Below are positions 29,761-40,345 of a stretch of 64,000 nucleotides of DNA, in pieces. How positions within the stretch are numbered: position 1 is the first letter of the stretch; the number at the start of each line of letters is the position of its first letter. A program made the position numbers and the translations under genes. The stretch lies in the NCBI GenBank assembly GCA_013152085.1, contig JAADHC010000052.1, positions 26,572-90,571 of the forward strand. The letters are read 5' to 3'. Below the pieces are notes generated by a model, which worked only from the letters and a program-made list of their open reading frames with translations, searched no databases and was not told the DNA's origin. Origin of the DNA: Chlorobiota bacterium. GTDB taxonomy: Bacteria > Bacteroidota > Bacteroidia > Bacteroidales > VadinHA17.

Positions 29761-29788
29761 AGAGCCGTTCCTGAACAGAAACGGCTCT
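29761..29788. terminator. Bidirectional rho-independent terminator
   Basis: AGAGCCGTT-(10 nt)-AACGGCTCT flanked by AAAAA upstream and TTTTT downstream. It lies between convergent genes ending at 29732 (+) and 29795 (-). Confidence 0.8.
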
Positions 29789-29794
29789 TTTTGA

Positions 29795-31114
29795 TTAACC
29801 CAGTAACAGGCTCATGATCCAGATCAGTGTAATGGCCGTAATGCCCTGGAACAAGGTTGCTGCCGTAAATGCTTTCAACGCTGTCCGGACATCCAGATGT
29901 GAAAATTTGGTCACTACCCAAAAGTAGCTGTCGTTAAGATGTGAAACGGTCATGGCACCGGCACCTGTGGCCAGGACAGCCAGGGCTTTTCCTGTCGATG
30001 TATCAAGGCCCAAAGTACCGAGTAGCGGAGCAACAACGGCCGCTGTTGTAATTATGGACACCGTGGAAGAACCCTGTGCTGATTTTAGGATCGCCGCCAG
30101 AATAAAAGGCAAAAAGATCCCCAGGTGAAGCCCTGCTAACGATGAACCCATTCTGTCACCAAATCCCCCTACCTCGAGGATATGTCCGAAAGCACCACCG
30201 GCACCGGTAATTAAAATAATAATCCCGGCATCGAGTAATCCTTTGGATAACCATTCATATCTCATTTTCCCGGTGGTTCCGGTTAACCCGAAAGCAAACA
30301 GCACACCGGTAAATAATGCAATAACCGGATTACCGGAAAACACAAACAGCCGGAACATTCCTGCATCCCCAAAAGGATGGGAAGGGTATTCGGCCACAGA
30401 TTTGAGCGCTATCAGTAAAATGGGCACCACAATAGGTGCCAGTGAAGCCAGAACTCCCGGAGGATGATCATGTACCCCGATCTTTTCTTCCCCGCCTTCA
30501 ACAGGCAGATCAATCCGCTTTGAGATATACCCGGCCCATATATATCCGGCAATACTTACAGGAAAAGCAATGATAAATCCCAGTAACATCACCTTTCCAA
30601 GGTCTGCATCCAGCAAAGCAGCAGCAGCCAGGGGCCCCGGCGTAGGCGGCACAAATACATGTGTGGCATACAAGCCTGTTGCCATGGCAATAGCGAGGAA
30701 AAGCAACGGAACACCGGTTTTTCTGCTAAGCGCCTTATTGAGTGGAGAAAGAATAATAAAACCCGAATCGCAAAAAACGGGTATGGAAACTACAAAACCG
30801 GTAAGATTAAGTGCCAGGGCAGGTTTACGCTTTCCTACAACATGTAAAACGGAAGCTGCCAGTACACCCGTAGCCCCGCTTTTTTCCAGAAAAGTTCCGA
30901 TAACCGCTCCCAGCGCAATGACAATTCCTATATTCCCGATAGTTTTCCCGAAACCGGCAGTAAGCGCCGAGAGAACATCCGCTGAAGGCATGCCGGATAA
31001 AAATCCCATGACGACAGCCGAAACAAGCAGAACAATAAAAGGATGCAATTTGAATTTTGCCGTACCAAGGACAATAAAGGCAAGAATCAGAAGAAGACCG
31101 GCAATCATAATCAT
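29795..31114 (-). CDS. GntP-family (gluconate:H+ symporter-type) permease
   Basis: 439-aa polytopic membrane protein. The N-terminus (..LGTAKFKLHPFIVLLVSAVVMGF..) and overall layout are typical of GntP transporters. The substrate cannot be read from the sequence. Confidence 0.8.
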   Translation of the reverse strand: MIMIAGLLLILAFIVLGTAKFKLHPFIVLLVSAVVMGFLSGMPSADVLSALTAGFGKTIGNIGIVIALGAVIGTFLEKSGATGVLAASVLHVVGKRKPALALNLTGFVVSIPVFCDSGFIILSPLNKALSRKTGVPLLFLAIAMATGLYATHVFVPPTPGPLAAAALLDADLGKVMLLGFIIAFPVSIAGYIWAGYISKRIDLPVEGGEEKIGVHDHPPGVLASLAPIVVPILLIALKSVAEYPSHPFGDAGMFRLFVFSGNPVIALFTGVLFAFGLTGTTGKMRYEWLSKGLLDAGIIILITGAGGAFGHILEVGGFGDRMGSSLAGLHLGIFLPFILAAILKSAQGSSTVSIITTAAVVAPLLGTLGLDTSTGKALAVLATGAGAMTVSHLNDSYFWVVTKFSHLDVRTALKAFTAATLFQGITAITLIWIMSLLLG

Positions 31115-31226
31115 ACTGTCCGGATTTGAAGGTTAATATAAAGCGAATATATTTGTCACGGAGTGATAAAACAAATTAAAGCCATTTTTTTTATTATTAA
31201 AGGAAAAGATTGTAAATTAATCGGAA

Positions 31227-32573
31227 ATGAAATTAATGCCCGGCCTTACCGAGAACTTCCGCAGATATATCAAAAAATATAATCTTTTTGCGGATGACAG
31301 TCATATCTTACTGGCCATAAGCGGAGGAATCGACTCCATGGTCATGGCCGATTTGTTCGGACGGTTACCTAATCCCCTATCCATTGCTCACTGTAATTTT
31401 ATGTTGCGTGGCGATGAATCGGATCAGGATGAAGAATTTGTCAGACAATATGCTATCTCTCTTGATATCCCGCTTTTTGTAAAACGGTTTGATACCTCCG
31501 CCTTTGCAGATAAGCATCATATCTCCATCCAGATGGCTGCCCGTAAAATGCGTTATGACTGGTTCAACCGCCTTGCGGAAGAAAACCGGATGGATGTAAT
31601 TGCTGTGGCACACAATATGGATGATCTGGTAGAAACCTTTTTGATCAATCTTTCACGGGGCACAGGATTACGTGGACTTACAGGCATCCGGCCAAAGCAG
31701 GGAAAAATCATCAGGCCACTCCTTTTTGCTACCCGCGAAGAGATAACAGCCTGGGCTACCCGGAAAAATATTGCATTCCGCGAAGATTCGTCAAATCAAA
31801 TGATCAAATATGTGCGTAACAAGATCAGACATGAAATCATTCCGCTTTTCAGGGAAATCAACCCCGGGTTTCTGCCTTCGGTAGCGGAAACAACCATTCG
31901 CCTGCAGGGCATCGACCGGTTCTTCTCCAACTATGTCCAAACCAATCTCGCCGGATACCTCCAGAAGTTCGGTGATCGGTTCGTCATCCCTATTGCGAAA
32001 TTGCGTGAATCAGAGGCCGCAGAGGCGGTGCTTTTCGAACTGCTCAGGCCTTTCAGATTTCCGCCTGCAGTCACATTCAAGATCATGGAATCCCTGGACA
32101 GTGAACCCGGCAAGAAATTCTTCTCCCCCTCCCACCGGTTGATCAAGGACAGGGAACATCTGATTATTACAGCCATCCCGGAACGCGGCCATACTGAAAA
32201 ATATTATATCGAAGAAGGAAATACACAACTCACCCACCCGGTAATCCTGCACCTGGAATCCTTTGAAAAACAACCGGGCTTCCAGATACCTTCCGACAGA
32301 AACATTGCCGTTCTGGACAGGGACAGGCTGCAGTTTCCCCTCATATTACGTAAATGGCGTGAAGGAGACTGGTTTATCCCGCTGGGCCTGGGCGGGATAA
32401 AAAAACTAAGCGATTTTTTTGTGGACCGTAAACTGTCCCTTGATGAAAAAGAACAGGTATGGCTGCTGACACAGGGAGACGAAATTATCTGGGTTATTGG
32501 AATGCAGATTGACGACCGGTTTAAAATCACGGAAAATACCCGGAAAGTTCTGCGGGTTGAATATCTACCCTAA
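31227..32573 (+). CDS. tilS: tRNA(Ile)-lysidine synthase
   Basis: PP-loop motif LLAISGGIDSMV, then HCNFMLRG..SDQDEEF and AHNMDDLVETFL. 448 aa. Confidence 0.9.
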   Translation: MKLMPGLTENFRRYIKKYNLFADDSHILLAISGGIDSMVMADLFGRLPNPLSIAHCNFMLRGDESDQDEEFVRQYAISLDIPLFVKRFDTSAFADKHHISIQMAARKMRYDWFNRLAEENRMDVIAVAHNMDDLVETFLINLSRGTGLRGLTGIRPKQGKIIRPLLFATREEITAWATRKNIAFREDSSNQMIKYVRNKIRHEIIPLFREINPGFLPSVAETTIRLQGIDRFFSNYVQTNLAGYLQKFGDRFVIPIAKLRESEAAEAVLFELLRPFRFPPAVTFKIMESLDSEPGKKFFSPSHRLIKDREHLIITAIPERGHTEKYYIEEGNTQLTHPVILHLESFEKQPGFQIPSDRNIAVLDRDRLQFPLILRKWREGDWFIPLGLGGIKKLSDFFVDRKLSLDEKEQVWLLTQGDEIIWVIGMQIDDRFKITENTRKVLRVEYLP

Positions 32574-32612
32574 ATATGTCAATCCTTTATCATTCGATAT
32601 TCATAATTTATT

Positions 32613-33791
32613 TTACAACTTCACAAATTCCACCCTCCGGTTATTGGCACGTCCTTCGGGAGTGGAATTGTCTGTAACAGGTTTGCTTTCCCCCCACCCT
32701 TTCGAAGCAAGACGGGAAGCATCAATGCCCATAGAGACCAGTTTGCTTCGGACCGCTTCGGCTCTTTTTTCTGATAAAGCCTGGTTCATGGCATCATCGC
32801 CTGCATCATCGGTGTGCCCCTCCACACTGATCCGGACTTCCGGGTGCTGGGTCATTAAGTTGTAGATTTCATTGATGATCCCCATGGACTCGGGTAAAAC
32901 ATCCGCTTTTCCGGTTTCAAAGCGTATACCGCTGGCAATGATCTTACCGTCCTGGATAAAACGGTCATAATACTTCACTCCACCTTTGGCGATCCGGACA
33001 TTCTTCACATAAAAAAGATTATCATTGGAAGCATGATAAGTGTATAAAGTGATTCCCCGGGGGTCAAAATCAATCCTGGGCAGATTGATCAGCCGGGTAT
33101 CATCCATGTAGGCTTTTAATTTCCCTTTCGTGTAAGCAATGGCAATGTGAATCCAGCGGGATTTTGGGAGGTTAGCAGATGGATACCGGCTGCGTGCCTG
33201 TCCAAACTCCATTTCATTACCGGAGATTTCAACGGCTGTGTATCCGGTAGGACTGCCGGATTTCTGATTTTTCCGATCATATAAATAGATCTTAAATATC
33301 CCACTGCCCGGATAATATAAGTCCATCCCTATAGTAAAAATTTCCGGTAAGTAATCAGCTTCCGGATTCTTAAGGTACGGAATAATAGAAGGTTCACCGT
33401 CCCTTAACATGATCACATTTTCACCATTAAGCTGTGCTATCTCTACATTTCCCCGCACCAGATCCCACCGTGACGGGAACTCACCGTTCTCTTCATCTTC
33501 CAGGTTGTCTTCAAAAATCACCTCGTCTCCGGGAACAAAATCATATTTTGCCCAGGACAGTTCGTTTTTCGGGGTGCTCTCCGGTTTAGCCTCCTGCTTG
33601 CCCGCCGGTTGATTTTCATCTGTTTTCTTCTCTTCTTCAGCAGGTTTCTTTTTATTCCCGAGAATCTTGCCAATAGTTTTCCCGGTTTTTTTCTCCGCTT
33701 CTTTTTTCAACAATCTTCCGATCTGGCCCTGGGCAGGCGTAATGGCAAAAAATAAAAAGAAACTTATTAAAATGGCAGTTGTATATTTCAT
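32613..33791 (-). CDS. OmpA-family protein (C-terminal peptidoglycan-binding OmpA domain)
   Basis: Signal peptide, a Lys/Glu-rich linker, and a C-terminal VEGHTDDAGDDAMNQALSEKRAEAV..NRRVEF OmpA-domain motif. Confidence 0.85.
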   Translation of the reverse strand: MKYTTAILISFFLFFAITPAQGQIGRLLKKEAEKKTGKTIGKILGNKKKPAEEEKKTDENQPAGKQEAKPESTPKNELSWAKYDFVPGDEVIFEDNLEDEENGEFPSRWDLVRGNVEIAQLNGENVIMLRDGEPSIIPYLKNPEADYLPEIFTIGMDLYYPGSGIFKIYLYDRKNQKSGSPTGYTAVEISGNEMEFGQARSRYPSANLPKSRWIHIAIAYTKGKLKAYMDDTRLINLPRIDFDPRGITLYTYHASNDNLFYVKNVRIAKGGVKYYDRFIQDGKIIASGIRFETGKADVLPESMGIINEIYNLMTQHPEVRISVEGHTDDAGDDAMNQALSEKRAEAVRSKLVSMGIDASRLASKGWGESKPVTDNSTPEGRANNRRVEFVKL

Positions 33792-33932
33792 AACGATTCG
33801 GTTTGGTTTTGATCAACTAAAATTATGAAGTTTCAAAATAATAACCAAAATAACCGACGGATTATCCGCAATAAAGTATCCGGGTACTCCTTTTAACCGA
33901 ATTTAAATAAAGATCGTATGCCACACCTGTGA

Positions 33933-34751
33933 TCACTTGTTTTCAGGATTCTCTTTGCCAAGATTTATTTTCACTTCTTCCAGGAACCCATGGATACCTT
34001 TGGTATCCCGTTCACCAATCAGCCGGATCAGTTTATCGAGGCTTGCATGGATCCGTTCGACCTGGGGCAGTGTAAAAGGGTTTAACAATATCTCGGAAAG
34101 CAGATATTTATCTTCCGAAAGTAAGCCATCGGCAATATCGAGATGTTTTTTAAAAGTGGTACCGGGTACCTCCATTTTTTTCATGCATGATGCAAATACC
34201 AGGGTTGACGTAAAGGGTATGGAAAGGGAATAGGCAATGGTCTGATCATGCTGATCAAAGGAGTATTCGAAGATTTTAAGTTTCAGGGATTTATAGAAAC
34301 TTCTGAAAAATTTCTTTCCCTCCGCACATGATTCGGAAATAATAATGGCATTTTCCTTACTCAGATCGCGCACATTGCCAAATGTCGGACCAAACATCGG
34401 GTGTGTAGATACAAAAGAACGCTGACATTTCCCGTAAAAATTCTTCAAACCGTTTTTTACCGAAGCAATGTCCGAAATGATGGTATTTTCGGGAAGACAG
34501 GGGATGATCTTCTCAAAAACAGGAATGGTCTTCTCCAGGTTTACGGCATTGATCAACAGCTCGGGAGCAAAGCGGGTGATCTCTCCGGGATTTTCGAGGC
34601 GTTGCGTTCTGAACATGTACCGCATCCTGTCTGGAACCGTGTCATAAATAGCCACTTCATAATCAAAACATAAAGATTCTGCCAGCCACAGGCCCATTTT
34701 CCCTGCTCCCAGGATGACAACTTTTTGTATTTCCGTAATCTTTTCCACCAT
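33933..34751 (-). CDS. tyrA: Prephenate dehydrogenase
   Basis: Rossmann motif VVILGAGKMGLWLA, STHPMFGP, and position as the last gene of the aromatic operon. Confidence 0.8.
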   Translation of the reverse strand: MVEKITEIQKVVILGAGKMGLWLAESLCFDYEVAIYDTVPDRMRYMFRTQRLENPGEITRFAPELLINAVNLEKTIPVFEKIIPCLPENTIISDIASVKNGLKNFYGKCQRSFVSTHPMFGPTFGNVRDLSKENAIIISESCAEGKKFFRSFYKSLKLKIFEYSFDQHDQTIAYSLSIPFTSTLVFASCMKKMEVPGTTFKKHLDIADGLLSEDKYLLSEILLNPFTLPQVERIHASLDKLIRLIGERDTKGIHGFLEEVKINLGKENPENK

Positions 34752-34752
34752 T

Positions 34753-35736
34753 TTATTGATAAATACTTTTGTTCACCTGGAACAGGTCAGCCAGGGCGAT
34801 AGCGGTGGCAGCCTCCGTAACGACAGGTACGCGTAGGGCAATACAGGCGTCATGCCGGCCTTCCACGACCAATTCTTCCACATCTCCCGTTGCCACGTTA
34901 AGCGTTTGTTGCGGTTTTCCGATACTTGACGACGGTTTTACCGCAATCCGGAAAACCAGTTCATTGCCATTGGTAATTCCGCCATTGATCCCGCCGGCAT
35001 GGTTTGAAGCGGTGCGACCGGATTCATCGATAATGGGATCATTATGCTCACTGCCCCGCATGGCAGCAGCTTTAAAACCGGAACCAAATTCTATTCCCTT
35101 AATGGCAGGAATGGCAAACACAATATGACTGATCGCCGATTCAACCGCATCAAAAAAAGGTTCACCAAGACCCTGAGGAATTTGATTTACGCGACATTCT
35201 ATGATTCCGCCAACGGAATCTTTGGCTTTCACGGCTTCATCCACTGCTTTTTCAATATCCGAACTACCCCCTGCCTCAACCAGTTTCGCTCGTATCTCCG
35301 TATCACCAAGGATTTTCTTTGCCACAACGCCTGCAGATACCAGGGCGGCCGTGAGGCGTCCCGAAAAATGACCTCCCCCCCGGTAATCATTAAATCCGCC
35401 GTATTTTTGCATTGCTACAAAATCTGCATGTCCGGGGCGCGGGATATCTTTTAGTTTGCTGTAATCCCCGGATCTGACATTGGTATTACGGATAAACAAC
35501 GTCAAAGGAGCGCCGGTCGTTTTTCCTTCAAATATACCGGAAAGTATCTCAGGCAAATCCGGCTCAGTACGTGGTGTAGTACCGGGAGCTCCGCTTCTCC
35601 TTCGATTCATATCCGGTTCGAAATCAACGGGTTGCAGGCTGATGCCGGGAGGGCATCCGTCAAGGACCACCCCGATACCGGGGCCGTGCGACTCTCCGAA
35701 AATGGTAACTGTAAATAATCTGCCGAATCGATTCAT
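34753..35736 (-). CDS. aroC: Chorismate synthase
   Basis: FGRLFTVTIFGESHGPGIGVVLDGCPPG, RPGHAD, GRHDAC signature motifs. 327 aa. Confidence 0.92.
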   Translation of the reverse strand: MNRFGRLFTVTIFGESHGPGIGVVLDGCPPGISLQPVDFEPDMNRRRSGAPGTTPRTEPDLPEILSGIFEGKTTGAPLTLFIRNTNVRSGDYSKLKDIPRPGHADFVAMQKYGGFNDYRGGGHFSGRLTAALVSAGVVAKKILGDTEIRAKLVEAGGSSDIEKAVDEAVKAKDSVGGIIECRVNQIPQGLGEPFFDAVESAISHIVFAIPAIKGIEFGSGFKAAAMRGSEHNDPIIDESGRTASNHAGGINGGITNGNELVFRIAVKPSSSIGKPQQTLNVATGDVEELVVEGRHDACIALRVPVVTEAATAIALADLFQVNKSIYQ

Positions 35737-35772
35737 CCGTTCTATTTTTATAACTAATTAAAAATAAATTAT

Positions 35773-37044
35773 TTAATAACTTTCCTGATAAACCTTCGCT
35801 CCCAATTTTTTAAAATCCTCAAAAAACTGCGGATATGATTTTTCCACACAGGAGGCATTATCGATTATCACCGGTTTCCGGGCATGCAGGCCCATTACCG
35901 CCGCAGCCATGGCAATCCGGTGGTCATTATGTGCATGTACCTTCCCGCCATTAACTTTTCCCCCATGGATCACCAGGGTGTCTCCTGTCTGTTCTACCCT
36001 TACGCCCAGGTTTCCCGCCTCTCTGGAAAGTGTTTCCGCCCGGTTGCTCTCTTTGGTCAGCAACCTCCCGGCACCTGACAATACCGAGGTTCCTTCAGCA
36101 TAGGCAGCCAGCGCTAACAGGGGTGGTGCCAGATCGGGACAATGTGTGATATCAAAATCAAAAGGCCTGAGGTGTCCTGATGAAACGGTAACCTCATCAC
36201 CGGCAACCCGGAAAGAAACACCCGCCTTTTTCAATACATCCAGGATCATCCGGTCGGCTTGTCTGCTCCCGGGATTTAATCCGGCTACGGTTACTTCTCC
36301 GGCAATGGCAGCAGCAACAAGAAGGAAAGCCGCACCACTCCAGTCTCCTTCGATGGTAATATCCGTAGCCTGGTAATGCTGATTTCCGGGGATTGTAAAG
36401 ATATCAGGGTTGTGCTCCGGTATATAAATACCAAACAAACTTAAAACCTCTATGGTCAGATCAACATAAGGACGACTGCGAAGGGATTGTACGGTAAGAA
36501 CCGAATCCGTTGCAGCCAGGGGAAGCGCCATCAGTAATCCGGTAATAAATTGAGAACCCTGCGATCCGTCAGCGGTTACTTTTCCACCCTTAAGCGGACC
36601 CTTGACCGTAACCGGCAAATATCCACCGGAGGTTTGCACATCAATACCCAATTGTGTTAACGGCCCTGTAACCATATTTACCGGACGCTGCAGCAGGGAA
36701 CCTGCACCCTGGATAGTTACCGGGTGGGCATAGCGGGCTGCCAGCGGGATAAACAACCTGGCTCCCAGCCCCGATTCTCCAACATCGATCACCGATTCCG
36801 GGTAAATATCTGTTCCTCCGTCAATTTCCCACATATCTTCCTCCCGGGATATCCTGACACCGTTTTCAATTAAAGTCCGGGAGACATCCATGGCATCCCG
36901 GCAACGGCTGGGACGGAAAATCCGGCTCTTTCCCTCTGCCAGCCATGCTCCCGCCAATGCCCGTATCATCATACTTTTTGATGATGGGGCTGACAGACTT
37001 CCTGACAAGTCCGAAAACTCAACTTTTACCGTGAATTCTTTCAT
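35773..37044 (-). CDS. aroA: 3-phosphoshikimate 1-carboxyvinyltransferase (EPSP synthase)
   Basis: ORF 35773..37131. APSSKSMMIRAL, LGARLF-type and DHRIAMA motifs. Start placed at ATG 37044 (MKEFTVKVEF..), overlapping the aroB 3' end by 26 nt; ATG 37068 or 37131 is also possible. Confidence 0.88.
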   Translation of the reverse strand: MKEFTVKVEFSDLSGSLSAPSSKSMMIRALAGAWLAEGKSRIFRPSRCRDAMDVSRTLIENGVRISREEDMWEIDGGTDIYPESVIDVGESGLGARLFIPLAARYAHPVTIQGAGSLLQRPVNMVTGPLTQLGIDVQTSGGYLPVTVKGPLKGGKVTADGSQGSQFITGLLMALPLAATDSVLTVQSLRSRPYVDLTIEVLSLFGIYIPEHNPDIFTIPGNQHYQATDITIEGDWSGAAFLLVAAAIAGEVTVAGLNPGSRQADRMILDVLKKAGVSFRVAGDEVTVSSGHLRPFDFDITHCPDLAPPLLALAAYAEGTSVLSGAGRLLTKESNRAETLSREAGNLGVRVEQTGDTLVIHGGKVNGGKVHAHNDHRIAMAAAVMGLHARKPVIIDNASCVEKSYPQFFEDFKKLGAKVYQESY

Positions 37045-38083
37045 AAAATCCGTTGTTCCGAAGTTCATGGAGAAAAGCAAGATATTCCCCGGGATCAATA
37101 TTCCGGATAACAGGATCACCGGGTCCCTCAAGCAGGATGTACACCCATTTCCCGTCCCGGATTTTCTTATCTTTTCCCATAACCCCGATTATTGTATCAG
37201 GATCAGGTGAAATCACAGGGATCAACCCAAACCGGTCCAGCATTTTACATGCCAGCTTCAGGATTTCAGGCTCCAACATCCTTTTCAGTACCGACCATTC
37301 CATGGCTACACACATGCCGATACTGACCGCTTCGCCATGAGACAGATGATGCGTTCTTTCTACAGCGTGACCAAAAGTATGGCCGAAATTAAGAATTCGC
37401 CGTAACCCATGATCGGATTCATCCTGTTCTACCACCTCAACTTTGGAACGGATACTGCGGATAATTAGTTTTTCCAGTAATGCGTTTTCAGAGAATAATG
37501 TCTCCACACCTTTCCCGTTTAACATGTCCAGGATCACGGGGTCATGAATCAAGCCATATTTGATCACTTCTGCCAATCCGGAAACCAGTTCCTCCGGAGG
37601 CAAAGTCTGCAAAAAATCAGGTGCCACAAAAACCTGTTCGGGTTGACGGAAGGTTCCGATCATATTTTTATACTCCCCGAGATTAACACCGTTTTTTCCG
37701 CCTATGGCCGCATCTACCATGGCAAGAAGTGTTGTAGGGACAAACATCAGGTTCATCCCACGCATAAATGTTGAGGATACAAATCCGGTAAGGTCGGTAA
37801 TCACGCCTCCTCCGAAACCAACCAGCCATGTCGAACGGTCGGCCTGATGTTTCAGTAATTCCTGGTACAGATATTTGGCCCTGTCAAGGTTTTTCTCCTG
37901 TTCTCCCGCAGGGATGACCACTACAGGTATATTTTGCAGCAAATCCCTGTACAGGGGAAAAATATTCTCATCCGTCACCACGATAACATTTTTACCCTGC
38001 AATTTTCCGGTAAGATCTTCCGGGGATGCTTTGAAGGTTATAACAGATGTGGCTCCTGAAACGGATAATCGGATTTCATCCAT
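37019..38083 (-). CDS. aroB: 3-dehydroquinate synthase
   Basis: GFGGGVITDLTGFVSS, VPTTLLAMVDAAIGGKNGVN, GHTFGHAVE motifs. Confidence 0.92.
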   Translation of the reverse strand: MDEIRLSVSGATSVITFKASPEDLTGKLQGKNVIVVTDENIFPLYRDLLQNIPVVVIPAGEQEKNLDRAKYLYQELLKHQADRSTWLVGFGGGVITDLTGFVSSTFMRGMNLMFVPTTLLAMVDAAIGGKNGVNLGEYKNMIGTFRQPEQVFVAPDFLQTLPPEELVSGLAEVIKYGLIHDPVILDMLNGKGVETLFSENALLEKLIIRSIRSKVEVVEQDESDHGLRRILNFGHTFGHAVERTHHLSHGEAVSIGMCVAMEWSVLKRMLEPEILKLACKMLDRFGLIPVISPDPDTIIGVMGKDKKIRDGKWVYILLEGPGDPVIRNIDPGEYLAFLHELRNNGFYERIHGKS

Positions 38084-38094
38084 AGTATGTTTTC

Positions 38095-39189
38095 TTAATC
38101 CTCCTTTTCGTTCATAATCCTGTTTTGTTTGTTGATCGATTCCTGGTGAATGGCACGGAATAACTTATCTACAAACTCCTTGCTCAGGTCTTTTTCATTT
38201 GCTTCAACGAGCCTGCTGGCTATAATTTCGCTCCAGCGCTTTCGCTGAAAAATAGTGATTTTATTTTTCTTTTTAAAATGTCCCATCTCTTTGGATATTT
38301 TCATCCTTTTTTCGAGTACGGCCATCAGTTCGTCATCAAGCAGATCGATTTGTTTTCGCAAATGGTCCAAACCGGATTGTATCCTGTTATCATCGATTTC
38401 CGGGCGACGGATAATTAAATTACCAAGCATTTGCTTCAATGCTGCAGGGGTTAACTGCTGATCTTTATCACTAAGTGCATCATCAGGAGAAATATGCGAT
38501 TCAATAAAGAGCCCGTCAAAGTTAAGGTCGAAAGCTTCCTGCGAGATCTCCTGTAAAAGACCGCGACATCCACAGATATGGCTTGGATCCGTAAGTATGG
38601 GCAGAGCGGGTAATTGACGGCGCAACTCCAGGGGAATCTGCCACTGTGGGACATTTCTGTACTTGGTAGGGCCAAAATAGGAGAATCCGCGGTGTACGGC
38701 CACCAGCTTCCGGATACCTGCCTGGTTGAGTCTTTCAAGTGCCCCCAGCCAAAGGTTAATATCCGGATTTATCGGATTTTTTACAAACACAGGCGTATCC
38801 AGTCCTTTCATGGCATTGGCAAGATCCTGAACAAAGAATGGATTCACGGTGGTTCTTGCACCGATCCAGAAAATATCAATATCAAACTTCAGCGCTTCGA
38901 AGATATGATTTGGCTGTGCCACTTCAATGGCTACTTTCATCCCTGTTTCCCTTTTCACTTTTCTAAGCCAGGGTAAAGCTTTGGAACCCATGCCCTCGAA
39001 ACTTCCCGGACGCGTCCGGGGTTTCCATACGCCGGCCCGGTAAACACCGACACCCAGGTCTTTCAGTTGCCAGGCCGTTTCCATAACCTGTTGTTCAGAT
39101 TCCGCACTACAGGGCCCGGCGATAATGATCGGTTTTTGACCCAGCACTTTGGCACATTCCAGTTCTTCAAGTTCAAGTTTCATTTCCAT
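38095..39189 (-). CDS. Bifunctional 3-deoxy-7-phosphoheptulonate (DAHP) synthase / chorismate mutase
   Basis: The N-terminal part resembles the KDO8PS-like (type I-beta) DAHP synthase (IIAGPCSAESEQQ, LPILTDPSH). The C-terminal ~90 aa (LRKQIDLLDDELMAVLEKRMKISKEMGHFKKKN) is AroQ-class chorismate-mutase-like. Confidence 0.85.
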   Translation of the reverse strand: MEMKLELEELECAKVLGQKPIIIAGPCSAESEQQVMETAWQLKDLGVGVYRAGVWKPRTRPGSFEGMGSKALPWLRKVKRETGMKVAIEVAQPNHIFEALKFDIDIFWIGARTTVNPFFVQDLANAMKGLDTPVFVKNPINPDINLWLGALERLNQAGIRKLVAVHRGFSYFGPTKYRNVPQWQIPLELRRQLPALPILTDPSHICGCRGLLQEISQEAFDLNFDGLFIESHISPDDALSDKDQQLTPAALKQMLGNLIIRRPEIDDNRIQSGLDHLRKQIDLLDDELMAVLEKRMKISKEMGHFKKKNKITIFQRKRWSEIIASRLVEANEKDLSKEFVDKLFRAIHQESINKQNRIMNEKED

Positions 39190-40345
39190 TTTCCCAGTTT
39201 TGTTTAATACGGGTTAAAGCCTCCCTGAGGACACGGATATCCTCACAAAGGGATGCACGAATATACTGTTTCCCATGATCTCCGAAAACTCCGCCGGGGG
39301 TTATAAAAACCCTTGATCCGTAAAGCAGTTTATCAGAGAAAGCAAAGCCATCGGAACGGTCAGGGACACGGGCCCAGACAAAGAGCCCTGCACTGTTTTC
39401 CTCATAACGGCAACCAAGGAAATCCATAATCCTAAAGAGAACCTCTTTCCGCTCTCGATAGGTTTTATTCATGGATTCGAACCACTCAGGCGGTTGTCTC
39501 ATCGCCTCAACAGCAGCCAGTTGAAGAGGCTTAAACATCCCGGACTCAACATTACTCTGCACAATAAAAATTTTATCAAGATATTCCTGTGCTCCGGCAA
39601 GCACCCCGATTCTCCATCCTGCCATATTATAGGCTTTGCTAAGGGAATTCAGTTCTACAGCTACGTCCCTGGCACCGGGAACCCGGAGGATACTCATCAC
39701 CTGATCGCTCAGGATAAAACTGTAAGGATTATCCTGACAGACAAGAATGTTGTTCTTCCGGCCAAACCGTACCAGATCCTTAAAAAGTGTTTCTGTCGGC
39801 GGAGTACCGGAGGGCATATTGGGATAGTTGACCCACATCAGTTTCACCCCGCTAAGATCCATATGTTCCAATGCATTGAAATCAGGGAGCCATCCGGTTT
39901 TTTCAGAAATTTCATACATCAGCGGAACGGCACCAATCAATTCCGTCACACTTTTATAAGCCGGATATCCCACATCCGGGACCAGAACCCGGTCGCCGGG
40001 ATTCAGGAAAGCCAATGAAATATAAAAAATCCCTTCCTTAGAACCAATCAGGGGAAGGACTTCCCTGTCCGGATTAAGATCAACATGATAATACGCTGCA
40101 TACCATCGTGCAAAGGCATTCCGTAACGCCGTCACACCCCTGTAAGGCTGGTAACCATGTACATCCGGATGTACGGCAGCTTCGGTAAGTTTCCTGACTA
40201 CCGGTCCGGGAGGCGGTAAATCCGGATTGCCGATGCCCAGATTGATTACAGGTGTCCCGTTCGCAGACATCTCCCGTACCTCCTGTAATTTGGAAGAAAA
40301 ATAGTATTCTTTAGAGGCGGATACCCTATGAGCCGGTTGTATCAT
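39173..40345 (-). CDS. Class I/II PLP-dependent aminotransferase (probable aromatic/prephenate aminotransferase)
   Basis: INLGIGNPDLPPP, NYPNMPSG and SLSKAYNMAGWRIG (PLP lysine) motifs. Operon context points to aromatic amino-acid biosynthesis. Confidence 0.85.
   Translation of the reverse strand: MIQPAHRVSASKEYYFSSKLQEVREMSANGTPVINLGIGNPDLPPPGPVVRKLTEAAVHPDVHGYQPYRGVTALRNAFARWYAAYYHVDLNPDREVLPLIGSKEGIFYISLAFLNPGDRVLVPDVGYPAYKSVTELIGAVPLMYEISEKTGWLPDFNALEHMDLSGVKLMWVNYPNMPSGTPPTETLFKDLVRFGRKNNILVCQDNPYSFILSDQVMSILRVPGARDVAVELNSLSKAYNMAGWRIGVLAGAQEYLDKIFIVQSNVESGMFKPLQLAAVEAMRQPPEWFESMNKTYRERKEVLFRIMDFLGCRYEENSAGLFVWARVPDRSDGFAFSDKLLYGSRVFITPGGVFGDHGKQYIRASLCEDIRVLREALTRIKQNWENGNET

Noticed and set aside
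39494-40018. 174-aa + strand ORF inside the aminotransferase gene
   Set aside because: Antisense to a motif-supported PLP aminotransferase, with no features of its own.
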